Assembly: GCA_031316235.1 (NCBI GenBank)
Contig: JALDRA010000001.1
Span: 1,440,001 to 1,472,000, forward strand
Origin: Candidatus Scalindua sp.
Lineage (GTDB): Bacteria; Planctomycetota; Brocadiia; Brocadiales; Scalinduaceae
Reading direction: 5' to 3'
Length of the DNA stretch: 32,000 nucleotides
Each line of letters starts with the position of its first letter. Positions within the stretch are counted from its first letter, which is position 1. The notes under the pieces are model-generated. The model searched no databases. It was not told the origin of the DNA and saw only the letters and a program-made list of their open reading frames with translations. Shown here piece by piece: positions 9,349 to 18,182 of the stretch. The position numbers and the translations under genes are program-made.

Positions 9349-9369
9349 AATATATATTTTTTACAGTAG

Positions 9370-9545
9370 TGTCCGGTTAGGTTTTTGCAAAAGCGGCCTT
9401 TGTCATACCCGACGTTTTTATCGGGTATCCAGAGGTTTGTGGGTCCTGTATTCCCGCTAAAAACAAGCCTGCCCGAATAGGTACAGACGGGCGGGAATGA
9501 CAGCTTTGAGGCAATTAATTAAACATGCAAAAACCTAACCGGACA
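9370..9545. repeat. 176-nt structured element closed by a perfect 20-bp inverted repeat (MITE-like or leader RNA structure)
   Basis: TGTCCGGTTAGGTTTTTGCA at 9370-9389 is the exact reverse complement of 9526-9545. The interior contains further hairpins (ATACCCGA/TCGGGTAT; TGT-ATTCCCGC/GCGGGAAT-G-ACA). It lies between the riboswitch terminator and the cbiM ATG. Confidence 0.7.
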
Positions 9546-9578
9546 ATGTTGATATTTTTGTAGCTATATACGATTGAA

Positions 9579-10364
9579 ATGAAAAAAATACTATTAGGCA
9601 TGTCTGTTGTTTGTGCGCTTTTGCTGTTACCACATGTCGCGCATGCAATGCATATTACTGAAGGAATATTACCTCTAAAATGGTCTATATTCTGGTTTCT
9701 TTTTATTTTACCTTTTGTTGTCATTGGTACGCTCAGGCTGAAGAAAAAGAAAAGGGATTTACCGGGCTTCCTGCCTTTAGTAGGATTAGTCGGGGCTGCT
9801 GTATTTGTTTTTTCCTGTTTTCCAATTCCGGTGGTAGGCTTGAATGGAATGGCAACCGCACACCCGGCAGGAACAGGAATGAGTGCGATACTGTTAGGGC
9901 CGTTCATAAGTGTTGTTATTGCAGGAATTGCTCTTTTCATACAGGCACTTTTTCTTGCACATGGAGGGCTTACGACTCTGGGAGCTAACATCTTTTCGAT
10001 GGGAGTACTCGGTTCTTTTTCAGGGTATTTTGCGTTCAGGCTGGCTCAGAAAATGGGCCTTAAGCTTTTCTGGTGTGGTTTCTTAGCCGGTGTGATTTCT
10101 GACATATGTACTTATCTGGGGTCATCTATAGGATTAGGACTTCTGGTATTCAAAGAGGGAGAGACGTTTTCTGTTGCCATGATGCACAGCGCAAAGGCAA
10201 TGCTTGAGATCTTTGTTGTGTTCATGGCTACTTCTCAGGGTCCCTTATGTATTGCCGAAGGTATTGTAGTCGGCTTTGCTCTATCCTATGTATATAAAGT
10301 TCGCCCAGGTATTTTATATAACCTTAGAGTTGTAAAGGAAGAGGGAGAGGCAATACCTGTTTAG
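9579..10364 (+). CDS. cbiM: Cobalt ECF transporter substrate-capture component CbiM
   Basis: 261 aa. Signal peptide ending AHA, followed by the MHITEGILP N-terminus typical of CbiM/NikM. Polytopic membrane protein, first gene after a B12 riboswitch and followed by cbiN/Q/O. Confidence 0.9.
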   Translation: MKKILLGMSVVCALLLLPHVAHAMHITEGILPLKWSIFWFLFILPFVVIGTLRLKKKKRDLPGFLPLVGLVGAAVFVFSCFPIPVVGLNGMATAHPAGTGMSAILLGPFISVVIAGIALFIQALFLAHGGLTTLGANIFSMGVLGSFSGYFAFRLAQKMGLKLFWCGFLAGVISDICTYLGSSIGLGLLVFKEGETFSVAMMHSAKAMLEIFVVFMATSQGPLCIAEGIVVGFALSYVYKVRPGILYNLRVVKEEGEAIPV

Positions 10365-10388
10365 AGATAGTCGGGTTGAGGAATTATA

Positions 10389-10730
10389 GTGCTAAAATAT
10401 TTTACTGTTTTCGTATTCATATTATTGCTCACCCAATCGCATGTTTTGTATGCGAAAGGGCCGGACATGCCTGAACCAATAGAAGGCATTGAAGAGAAGG
10501 AAACAGTAGCATCTGAAGAAGATGTGAAATGGACAGGAATTGATGTAAGTATTGTAGGGAAATATGCCGAGAAATACGGCCGTCCACCAAGAGAACCTTA
10601 TATAAACACAGACCAGGGAGATCTTCTGCTTTTTGTTTTTACCTTTTTTGGCCTTGTCGGCGGTATTGTCATCGGCTACAACTTCAGGAAATTATTTGTT
10701 GAAGAAAAAGATCAAGGAATTTACCGCTAA
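10389..10730 (+). CDS. cbiN: Cobalt transport protein CbiN-like (small two-TM partner of CbiM)
   Basis: 113 aa with a GTG start. N-terminal TM plus C-terminal TM (DLLLFVFTFFGLVGGIVIGY), with a W.G.D...Y..P...P layout resembling CbiN. Position between cbiM and cbiQ. Confidence 0.7.
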   Translation: MLKYFTVFVFILLLTQSHVLYAKGPDMPEPIEGIEEKETVASEEDVKWTGIDVSIVGKYAEKYGRPPREPYINTDQGDLLLFVFTFFGLVGGIVIGYNFRKLFVEEKDQGIYR

Positions 10731-10751
10731 GTACGTAAAGAAAAATTAACT

Positions 10752-11534
10752 ATGGAAATATTAAAGCATGTTGTCATGGACCATTTTGCGCAAAGGAGCA
10801 ACTGGCTCACCAATATGGAAGTAAGGGTAAAACTATTTTATATTGGTACAGGTTTGATCCTTAATATTTTATCTGATGAAATTACAGTTCCATTACTATT
10901 TTTTGTCACATCCTTGATATTGTTAATGACCATAATGGTGCCGTTTGTCACATTAGGTCTCCGAATGATGATGCCCTTTTTATTCGGGATATTCATCCTG
11001 TTTATCATGGGATTGCATCATGGTGAGACAGTAATATTTTCCGGAACACTTTTCGGCTATGAACTTTCTTTAAAAAAAGAAGGATTACAGATTGGTCTGT
11101 TGTTATTCACAAAGGTGGCAGGGGGGGTAATGCTCCTGCTTTTATTATCCTTTACTACAACAATTACGAATATATGCATGGCTGCCCACTGGATGAAGAT
11201 ACCGGAGACCCTGATTGAAGTATTGTCATTTATATATAGATATCTGTTTTTACTAATTGAAGAAATGGAGACAATGATGTCTTCGCAAAGATGCAGACTG
11301 GGCTATGTTACATGGTTTAAGAGAATAAAATCATTTGGAAATCTTGCAGGTACACTGATTATCAGATCAATTATAAGAGCTGAAAATGCCCATGTTGCAA
11401 TGGTCTCCAGGGGTTATGTTGGCGGGAGGGTGCTGACCGCTCAACTTACTCCAATAGCAGGAAAAGATTATACAATACTTTTATTATGTGGAATCTTACT
11501 GGCCTTTTTATCCTATTTGGAGTTTTTCTGGTAA
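10752..11534 (+). CDS. cbiQ: ECF transporter transmembrane (T) component CbiQ
   Basis: 260-aa polytopic membrane protein with the C-terminal ..RS..RAE....AM.SRGY coupling-helix region typical of CbiQ/EcfT. Operon context. Confidence 0.85.
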   Translation: MEILKHVVMDHFAQRSNWLTNMEVRVKLFYIGTGLILNILSDEITVPLLFFVTSLILLMTIMVPFVTLGLRMMMPFLFGIFILFIMGLHHGETVIFSGTLFGYELSLKKEGLQIGLLLFTKVAGGVMLLLLLSFTTTITNICMAAHWMKIPETLIEVLSFIYRYLFLLIEEMETMMSSQRCRLGYVTWFKRIKSFGNLAGTLIIRSIIRAENAHVAMVSRGYVGGRVLTAQLTPIAGKDYTILLLCGILLAFLSYLEFFW

Positions 11535-11609
11535 GATATTAATGGGTGAAGAAAAGCTTGTAAGCATTTAACTGCAAGTATCTGTAAAAAATAACGTCCT
11601 ATTTGAATT

Positions 11610-12485
11610 GTGATGATTAAAATAAAAGCCGAAGAGTTAACTCATAAATACCCTGATGGTACACAGGCACTGAATGGTGCTAGCCTTGATGTTCGGGAGG
11701 GAGAATTTCTTGCAATTCTTGGCGCAAACGGTTCAGGGAAGACAACACTTCTTAAACATCTGAATGGCCTTTTAAAGCCGGTATCAGGTTCTGTAATATT
11801 AGATAATAAAGCATTGAGCGTGTTTAAGGCAGGTGAAGTTTTCAGGAAAGTAGGAATGGTTTTTCAAGATCCTAATGACCAGCTCATTGCCCCTACGGTT
11901 GAGGAGGATGTTGTCTTTGGACCGACAAATCTGGGTCTTGGCTATGATGAAATTATGAGCAGAGTTAATACTGCACTCGAACTGGTTAAAATGAAAGAGT
12001 TTGCCAAGAAGGCAATTCACGCGCTCAGTTATGGTCAGAGCAAACGAATATGTATAGCAGGAATTCTTGCCATGTGTCCGGAAATAATCATTTTAGATGA
12101 ACCAACTAGTGGACTTGATCCTGATGGTGTAAAAACCGTGATGAAAATACTGAATGCTCTAAATAAAAAACAGGGCATTACCATAATACTTGCCACAAAC
12201 TCTGTTGACCTTGTGCCTGTTCATATGGACAGGGTTGCTATTATGGATAAAGGTATCGTAGTGCAGGAGGGTACCCCGGAAAGTGTTTTTACAGACTCTA
12301 AGAAGCTTAATGGACTTAAGCTGGAGCTGCCGCAGATAGCACAATTAATGGAAGTATTGAGAGACAAGGAAAAGATGCCAATGAATCTACTCCCTCTGAC
12401 AATTGGCCAAGCTAGACAGGAACTCGCACATCTATTCAGCAGAGAAGATAATGTCCAGCATGCCGGTTCAATCTTACCTGCCTGA
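11610..12485 (+). CDS. cbiO: ECF transporter ATPase CbiO
   Basis: Walker A GANGSGKTT, Q-loop, signature LSYGQSKR, Walker B IIILDEPTSGLD. Last gene of the cbiMNQO set. Confidence 0.9.
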   Translation: MMIKIKAEELTHKYPDGTQALNGASLDVREGEFLAILGANGSGKTTLLKHLNGLLKPVSGSVILDNKALSVFKAGEVFRKVGMVFQDPNDQLIAPTVEEDVVFGPTNLGLGYDEIMSRVNTALELVKMKEFAKKAIHALSYGQSKRICIAGILAMCPEIIILDEPTSGLDPDGVKTVMKILNALNKKQGITIILATNSVDLVPVHMDRVAIMDKGIVVQEGTPESVFTDSKKLNGLKLELPQIAQLMEVLRDKEKMPMNLLPLTIGQARQELAHLFSREDNVQHAGSILPA

Positions 12486-12741
12486 ATGAAATTGCTTGCC
12501 TTGAGACTTCCCATCTGACGAACGGCAAGAATTACAGATACCCAAGCATTTTGTTGCTGCATGTTCATCAAATCCACGACCATCTTCCGGTACTCCCATA
12601 TGAGAATCTATAGTGTTACTATATTTTATTTATAAATGGTAAGTGGGTAGAAAATATTAAAAATAAATTTCATGGTGAATGAAAATCTACAATCTCGCCA
12701 AAAATCAAGCCATAACTATGAAAGTTATTTTGAGAACCCAC

Positions 12742-13491
12742 CTATGGTCTAAATCCGTGTGTGAATTCCGGAGAATAAAGCTTGGAATCGACAAAATCCG
12801 TGGATGTTAATACACGGCCAACAATAATAATAGCAGTTGATTTAATTTTTGTCTGTTTTATCTTATCAGCAATATCATTTAACGTTCCACGTACAATCAA
12901 TTGGTTCGGCCATGTTGCACGGTGCACAACCGCCACCGGACAGTCTTTCCCATAATGCGGTGATAACTCATCAACGACCTTATGTATCAGGGTAGCACTT
13001 AAGAATAAAACCAGTGTGGATTGATGTTTGGCCAGCATACTTAACTTTTCTTTTTCCGGGACAGAAGTGCGGCCCTCACATCGCGAGATTATGACCGTTT
13101 GTGATAATTCGGGCAAAGTCAATTCCTTACCCAAAACAGCTGCGCTGGCTACAAATGATGATACTCCAGGAATAATTTCATAGTCAATGCCCTCTTCCTG
13201 CATACGACGCATTTGTTCTGCTGTCGAACCGAATATAGACGGATCTCCTGTGTGGACGCGTGCCACATCATGGTTATCAGCCTTTGCCTTTATAAAAACA
13301 TCCATGATTTCATCTAAATTCATGGACGCTGAATTCAAAACCTTGGCGTTCTTATCCGCACGCGCAATTACGGCCTTAGAGACTAAAGAACCAGTATACA
13401 ACACAACCGGACATTGTTCAATAAGTTCTGCTCCGCGTACGGTAATCAGTTTTGGATCTCCCGGGCCGGCACCGATGATATACACCTTCAT
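12742..13491 (-). CDS. cbiF: Cobalt-precorrin-4 C11-methyltransferase CbiF
   Basis: 249 aa. Colinear similarity to CbiF/CobM: IIGAGPGDPKLITVRG, VHTGDPSIFGS, IPGVSSF, EGRT.VPE, ATWP.Q..VRGTL.DIA. Confidence 0.9.
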   Translation of the reverse strand: MKVYIIGAGPGDPKLITVRGAELIEQCPVVLYTGSLVSKAVIARADKNAKVLNSASMNLDEIMDVFIKAKADNHDVARVHTGDPSIFGSTAEQMRRMQEEGIDYEIIPGVSSFVASAAVLGKELTLPELSQTVIISRCEGRTSVPEKEKLSMLAKHQSTLVLFLSATLIHKVVDELSPHYGKDCPVAVVHRATWPNQLIVRGTLNDIADKIKQTKIKSTAIIIVGRVLTSTDFVDSKLYSPEFTHGFRP

Positions 13492-14321
13492 GACGTTACC
13501 TCATCAACAACCAATGAATGGGCCTTAGATTGTCCTTTAATAATCTGACCATCCCATTGATATTTATTGGTATACCCGCGCGGGGTAACCATATAATTTT
13601 CAAATAAAAATGTGTAACTATTTCCGATAATTACGGTGGTTAACATGCCGATCTCTTCCTCAAGTAAATGTTCTAAATCTGTAATCACTATATGTTCTTT
13701 TTTTCGGTAAGCGTTCTTGACAAGGGCGACTGGTGTCTGGGGGGTACGGTATCCGCTGATAATTTTCTGTGCCTTCGTGATTTGCTCTGTACGGTGTTTG
13801 CTTTTAGGATTATAAAGTCCAACAACAAAGTCCGCCATAGCTGCCGCCTTGATACGTTTTTCGATCACTGACCAGGGTGTCAATAAATCTGAGAGAGAAA
13901 TACAGCAATAATCGTGTGTCAATGGAGACCCGACGAGTGACGCACATGCGTTCATAGAAGTAATACCTGGAACTAAATGGATATCAGGAGAGTCTCCCTT
14001 CTTCCACCCTGTTTCTTTAAGGATTTCAAATACGAGCCCCGACATGCCGTAAACGCCTGCATCCCCGGAAGAGATAAGTGTGACAGATTGTCCTTGTTTA
14101 GCCAGTTCAATCGCGTTTGTGGCTCTGTCTATTTCTTCAGCCATACCGGCGCTAATAACCTCTTTATCATCAAGCAGATGTTTGACCAGCTTGATATACG
14201 TCGCATAACCGATCACCAGATCAGATTGTTTGATAGCATTCAACGCGGCAGGTGTCATATGGTCCTCATACCCCGGCCCGATGCCAACAATAAATAATTG
14301 CCCTTTGTTTTTGCTCATCAT
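13488..14321 (-). CDS. cbiH: Cobalt-precorrin-3B C17-methyltransferase CbiH
   Basis: 277 aa. Shows LFIVGIGPGYEDHMTPAALNAIKQSDLVIGYATYIKLV and SSGDAGVYGM motifs of CbiH/CobJ. Its stop overlaps the cbiF start (ATGA). Confidence 0.88.
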   Translation of the reverse strand: MMSKNKGQLFIVGIGPGYEDHMTPAALNAIKQSDLVIGYATYIKLVKHLLDDKEVISAGMAEEIDRATNAIELAKQGQSVTLISSGDAGVYGMSGLVFEILKETGWKKGDSPDIHLVPGITSMNACASLVGSPLTHDYCCISLSDLLTPWSVIEKRIKAAAMADFVVGLYNPKSKHRTEQITKAQKIISGYRTPQTPVALVKNAYRKKEHIVITDLEHLLEEEIGMLTTVIIGNSYTFLFENYMVTPRGYTNKYQWDGQIIKGQSKAHSLVVDEVTS

Positions 14322-14327
14322 TTTCTC

Positions 14328-15491
14328 CTATACAACCATCTGTATCTCACGAGAGGCCCTTACAGGAAAAGGTATTCGTGCGATTGCGATTGTTACGTTT
14401 TTTTTGTAGCCATCTTCTTTATAAACTTGCTTTGGTACAATTAACTCATTGGTACCGGCAGATAACATCGCACTTGGTTCAGCTACCCCGTGTGTGCCCA
14501 CATGCTTTTTTACCGTAACTGACGGCGTGGGAATGTTTTTAACAGTATCTAATTCATCCGCACGGTAAGAAGTAAATTCCCATGCATATTTCTCTTTTAA
14601 CTGCAAAAAGGCTTCTTCATCAGCTTTGATATCGATTGTTGCAAATCCCTTGATACATCTAAACTCCAGATGATTCTCTTCTAACACCTTGCTGACACCA
14701 CGTTCGACCATTTCCACCGGTGTGTCCCGGTCGCATCCCATACCGAGGATCAAACTTTTAGGTCGGTAAATAACCGCATGTTCATAGATATCCGGAAAAA
14801 GCCTTTTTATATCCCGATCGGTTGCTATCAGGATAACAGAAAAATCTTCAAAGGAAATACCATCTAAACTTGTTGCATATTCAATTCCCCAGGGTAATCC
14901 ATTTTCCTCCGGCCAGAAATTCTTCTCCCCCGTCTCTTGAACAAATAAAACATTCTCCTGGTTGACAACAGCCGCACATGCTCTGGTCACATTTCGGTCA
15001 GTGTCATCTAATATCCAACCCAACTCACGCCCGAGAATATCCAACGGGAATGTCTGACCCACATCGGATGCAGTGGTAATAACAGGTGTATTTTCTAAAA
15101 TATTTGATACTTTATTCGCATATTCATTCCCGCGACCGACATGGCCGGACAAAACAGGTATTGTAAATTGTGCTTTATCATCCACGCAAATAATCGCTGG
15201 ATCATTTTTTTTGTTTCTTAATAAAGGTGCAATCATACGCACCACAACACCAATACTCATGATATGAATATGCGCGTTATATTGATTGAATGTAGCATGA
15301 ATTGTTTCTCTCATGGGCATACTTAAAAGGTAAACACGGTCCATCTGTAGTTGGTTCTCAAACTTATGTGTCACATAGATGTCGGCATCATCCAGTTGGT
15401 CACGCAGCTTGCGGGCAATTTCCACTCCGTGTTTAGTGATTACATAAATCGCCCAGGATTTACGGTTTGCCTTAACCTTTTTATTCACCAT
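14328..15491 (-). CDS. cbiG: Cobalt-precorrin-5A hydrolase CbiG
   Basis: CbiG-like N-, middle and C-terminal regions (AIYVITKHGVEIARKL..., SGHVGRGNEYA, ...GVAEPSAML). I prefer the ATG at 15491 over the TTG at 15527 given in the track. Confidence 0.85.
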   Translation of the reverse strand: MVNKKVKANRKSWAIYVITKHGVEIARKLRDQLDDADIYVTHKFENQLQMDRVYLLSMPMRETIHATFNQYNAHIHIMSIGVVVRMIAPLLRNKKNDPAIICVDDKAQFTIPVLSGHVGRGNEYANKVSNILENTPVITTASDVGQTFPLDILGRELGWILDDTDRNVTRACAAVVNQENVLFVQETGEKNFWPEENGLPWGIEYATSLDGISFEDFSVILIATDRDIKRLFPDIYEHAVIYRPKSLILGMGCDRDTPVEMVERGVSKVLEENHLEFRCIKGFATIDIKADEEAFLQLKEKYAWEFTSYRADELDTVKNIPTPSVTVKKHVGTHGVAEPSAMLSAGTNELIVPKQVYKEDGYKKNVTIAIARIPFPVRASREIQMVV

Positions 15492-16227
15492 TCCCAAATA
15501 GTACCCCGCTGTGATTTTTTTTGGCAATCACAACCATGGAAAAATAAATACCGCGTTTGCCCTTTATGGTGCGCATATCTGTAACGATCTGTTCCTTGTC
15601 CATGGTAGCATTGGCCACATAAACAGATCTGTCCAGGAGCCCCTCGGATTCGATGACCTCGACAATCTCCGTAATTACGGGAGAAGCCTTCATCAATATG
15701 ATAGTGTCAAACATGCGGATGATCGTGCGCAAATCATCCTTGTTATAAGCCGCTGGTATAATGGCTATCTTTTCTTGTCCATCAGCAACAGGGATACCGG
15801 CGGCAATAGGCGCAGCTGTAATGGAAGAAACCCCGGGGATTACCTTGATCTCAATTTCTGGCCATGATTTTTGTGCGTGTTCATAAAGGTAAATAAACGA
15901 GCTATAAATAAATGGATCTCCGACGGATATAAAGGCAACACTTTTTCCAGCAAAAATCCGATCTTTAATTTCTTTGACAGCTATATTCCATGCGCAAGTT
16001 GTGATCTTCGGATCACGGGACATGGGGAAACTGAGAAATAGCCTTTCCTGTCCCTGTACCGAACCTACCGTTTCCTCGGCGATGACCCATGAGACAGATG
16101 TGCTCTTTTCATCCTTTCGTGGAAGAATAATGCAGTCTACTTTTCTTAAACAATCTAATGCCCTCAACGTCATCAAATCCGCAGCTCCCGGCCCAAGACC
16201 AACACCATATAAAATTCCATGCCTCAT
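15481..16227 (-). CDS. cbiL: Cobalt-precorrin-2 C20-methyltransferase CbiL
   Basis: 248 aa. Shows LYGVGLGPGAADLMTLRAL, SVGDPFIYSS and IPGVSSITAA, typical of CbiL/CobI. Confidence 0.88.
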   Translation of the reverse strand: MRHGILYGVGLGPGAADLMTLRALDCLRKVDCIILPRKDEKSTSVSWVIAEETVGSVQGQERLFLSFPMSRDPKITTCAWNIAVKEIKDRIFAGKSVAFISVGDPFIYSSFIYLYEHAQKSWPEIEIKVIPGVSSITAAPIAAGIPVADGQEKIAIIPAAYNKDDLRTIIRMFDTIILMKASPVITEIVEVIESEGLLDRSVYVANATMDKEQIVTDMRTIKGKRGIYFSMVVIAKKNHSGVLFGNGE

Positions 16228-17505
16228 TCAGTTCCTCTCGACTTTTGTGACTGTAAATATATGAATCGGACTTAAGGCTTCATAACGGTGGTACTGTGCC
16301 AGCGGTACGCTTCTTGCAATATTCACGACAAGCATCTCAGCATACCATCCATAATCTTTAAAGTATTGATATGTTTCTTGTACGGTTTCCAAGGCGATTG
16401 CAGTGACAACGCATCGTCCATGCAGTGTTAATTTCTCTAAACTCACATCCAGAATTTCTCTTATGTTTCCCTTGCTACCTCCGATAAAAACAGCATCTGG
16501 CGCTGGCCAGTCCATGATAGCACCAGGGGCCAAACCTTCGGCAATATCAATATTGTCTACTTTATGCTTGATTGCATTCTCCCTGGCAATTTCAATACAC
16601 TCAGAGTCAAAATCAACAGCATAGACGTGTCCTTCATAAGCAATTTTGGCAGCCTCAATTGCCACCGAACCTGATGCCGTTCCGATATCCCAGACGATAG
16701 ATTTTCTATTCAAGCCTAGAGAGGCAATGGATAGTGTACGTATTTCGCGTTTGGTAATCAGCCCTTTGTGTGGTATTCGTTTAGCAAATGCATCTTCGTG
16801 TAAATTAGCAATCGTGGGAGGCAGTGACTTGTCTTCATCTTTACGAAGCAGAATTAAAACGTTAAGTGAAGCAGTATCATCTACTCGAGATAATTCCTCA
16901 ATCGAAAAACAGCGGATCCGTTCGTCCACACCGCCTAAATTCTCGCAAACCCAAGCTTGCCAGCCGGTTTCGTTATAGGTAATCATGTGTTTAGCTATCA
17001 CTTGAGGCGACTGTTCCGGGTCCGTTAAGATCCCTACCTTTGAAGATGTCTGTATTTTAGTTATAAACCCTGTTCTGGAACGTTCATGCAGACTGATGAT
17101 CATAGCGTCATTCCACGTAATCCCTATGCGGGAAAAGGCTATCTGGATGGAACTGGGATGCGTAATCACATCAACGTGATCCAATCCAAACTTTTTAACA
17201 ATCAATCCACCGACTCCATAAAACATGGGATCTCCTGATGCCAGGACGACAATATTATTTTCATAAGAAAGTTCCTCCAACCGATCTATCACGTCAGAGA
17301 GCTTACCTTGAAACGGAATTTTCAGACCTTCAAATTCGGCAAAGAATTCAAGATGTCGTGCACCACCGACAAGGACCTGCCCCTTGCTGATCGCATGCAT
17401 TGCTTTGGATGTTAAGCTCAAACACCCATCATCACTCATGCCGATAACCGTGATCGTTTTGGTACGCTTCAAAACCGGTCGACTTTTCTTTACTAATGGA
17501 ATCAT
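16228..17505 (-). CDS. cbiET: Fused cobalt-precorrin-6B/7 methyltransferase-decarboxylase CbiE-CbiT (CobL-like)
   Basis: N-terminal tetrapyrrole-methylase domain (VIGMSDDG..., LASGDPMFYGVG) plus a C-terminal SAM-MTase domain (VWDIGTASGSVAIEAA). The ATG at 17505 forms an ATGA overlap with the cbiC stop. The track start at 17511 is a TTG. Confidence 0.88.
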   Translation of the reverse strand: MIPLVKKSRPVLKRTKTITVIGMSDDGCLSLTSKAMHAISKGQVLVGGARHLEFFAEFEGLKIPFQGKLSDVIDRLEELSYENNIVVLASGDPMFYGVGGLIVKKFGLDHVDVITHPSSIQIAFSRIGITWNDAMIISLHERSRTGFITKIQTSSKVGILTDPEQSPQVIAKHMITYNETGWQAWVCENLGGVDERIRCFSIEELSRVDDTASLNVLILLRKDEDKSLPPTIANLHEDAFAKRIPHKGLITKREIRTLSIASLGLNRKSIVWDIGTASGSVAIEAAKIAYEGHVYAVDFDSECIEIARENAIKHKVDNIDIAEGLAPGAIMDWPAPDAVFIGGSKGNIREILDVSLEKLTLHGRCVVTAIALETVQETYQYFKDYGWYAEMLVVNIARSVPLAQYHRYEALSPIHIFTVTKVERN

Positions 17506-18182
17506 ACGCAAGACTCTTCCTTTTTGCGTGATAATAAAAGGAGTGCGTGGATTATAGAGACGACAATAGTCGTCCCTCCCTTACGACCCTGACTGATAAT
17601 ATAAGGGACATCCAGAGACAATAACTGCTCTTTAGATTCAACTGCATTAACAAATCCGACAGGGACGCCGATAACCAATGCCGGCTTTGCACCTTCTTCT
17701 TTGATCAACCTGACTATTTCAATAAGTGCCGTAGGCGCATTACCAATGGCAACCACTGACCCGTTAAGTTTCCCTAAACGCATCGCTTTTTGCATAGACA
17801 TTATTGCACGTGTTGAATTATTGATCTTGGCCGCATCAACCACGTCGGCATCAGAGATATAAGATTCTACCCGGCAGCCGTAAGAATCCAGTCTTTTTTG
17901 ATTCAATCCGGCAGTAATCATCTTAACATCAACGATAATGGAGCAACCGTTTTCAAGCGCGGTAATCCCGACTTCAATAGCGCGGCCATGGAACTTAAGG
18001 ATATCCTTAAACTCAAAGTCTGCTGTTGTGTGGATCACCCTTCGGATGACTTCCCACTGATCTGTACTAAAATTATGCGGACCTGCCTCGTGGTCAATAA
18101 TGAAAAAACTTTCATCTTCAACTTGACGACCCATAGTCGTCATTTGTCTCATATCACTATCAAGTAACGTATGATCTGACAT
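17502..18182 (-). CDS. cbiC: Cobalt-precorrin-8 methylmutase CbiC
   Basis: 226 aa. Shows VIHTTADFEF, GNAPTAL and GFVNAVESKE motifs of CbiC/CobH. Confidence 0.9.
   Translation of the reverse strand: MSDHTLLDSDMRQMTTMGRQVEDESFFIIDHEAGPHNFSTDQWEVIRRVIHTTADFEFKDILKFHGRAIEVGITALENGCSIIVDVKMITAGLNQKRLDSYGCRVESYISDADVVDAAKINNSTRAIMSMQKAMRLGKLNGSVVAIGNAPTALIEIVRLIKEEGAKPALVIGVPVGFVNAVESKEQLLSLDVPYIISQGRKGGTTIVVSIIHALLLLSRKKEESCV

Noticed and set aside
9370-9545. The idea that the inverted-repeat element is a known NiCo (czcD-type) or degenerate cobalamin riboswitch
   Set aside because: It shows only fragmentary resemblance (GCGGGAATGACAGC; AGCCTGCCCG). I cannot reproduce either consensus from memory well enough to support the call, and a flawless 20-bp closing helix is atypical. 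It is kept only as an open hypothesis in the findings.
9515-9991. 158-aa minus-strand ORF across the inverted-repeat element and the cbiM 5' region
   Set aside because: It is antisense to a confidently identified cbiM and begins inside the palindromic element. The low-complexity translation (KKKK, FFFF runs) reflects the reverse complement of membrane-protein codons.
12221-12583. 120-aa minus-strand ORF overlapping the cbiO 3' end
   Set aside because: About 88 of its 120 codons are antisense to the well-supported cbiO. Only ~33 codons lie in the convergent intergenic region, and no motif is present.
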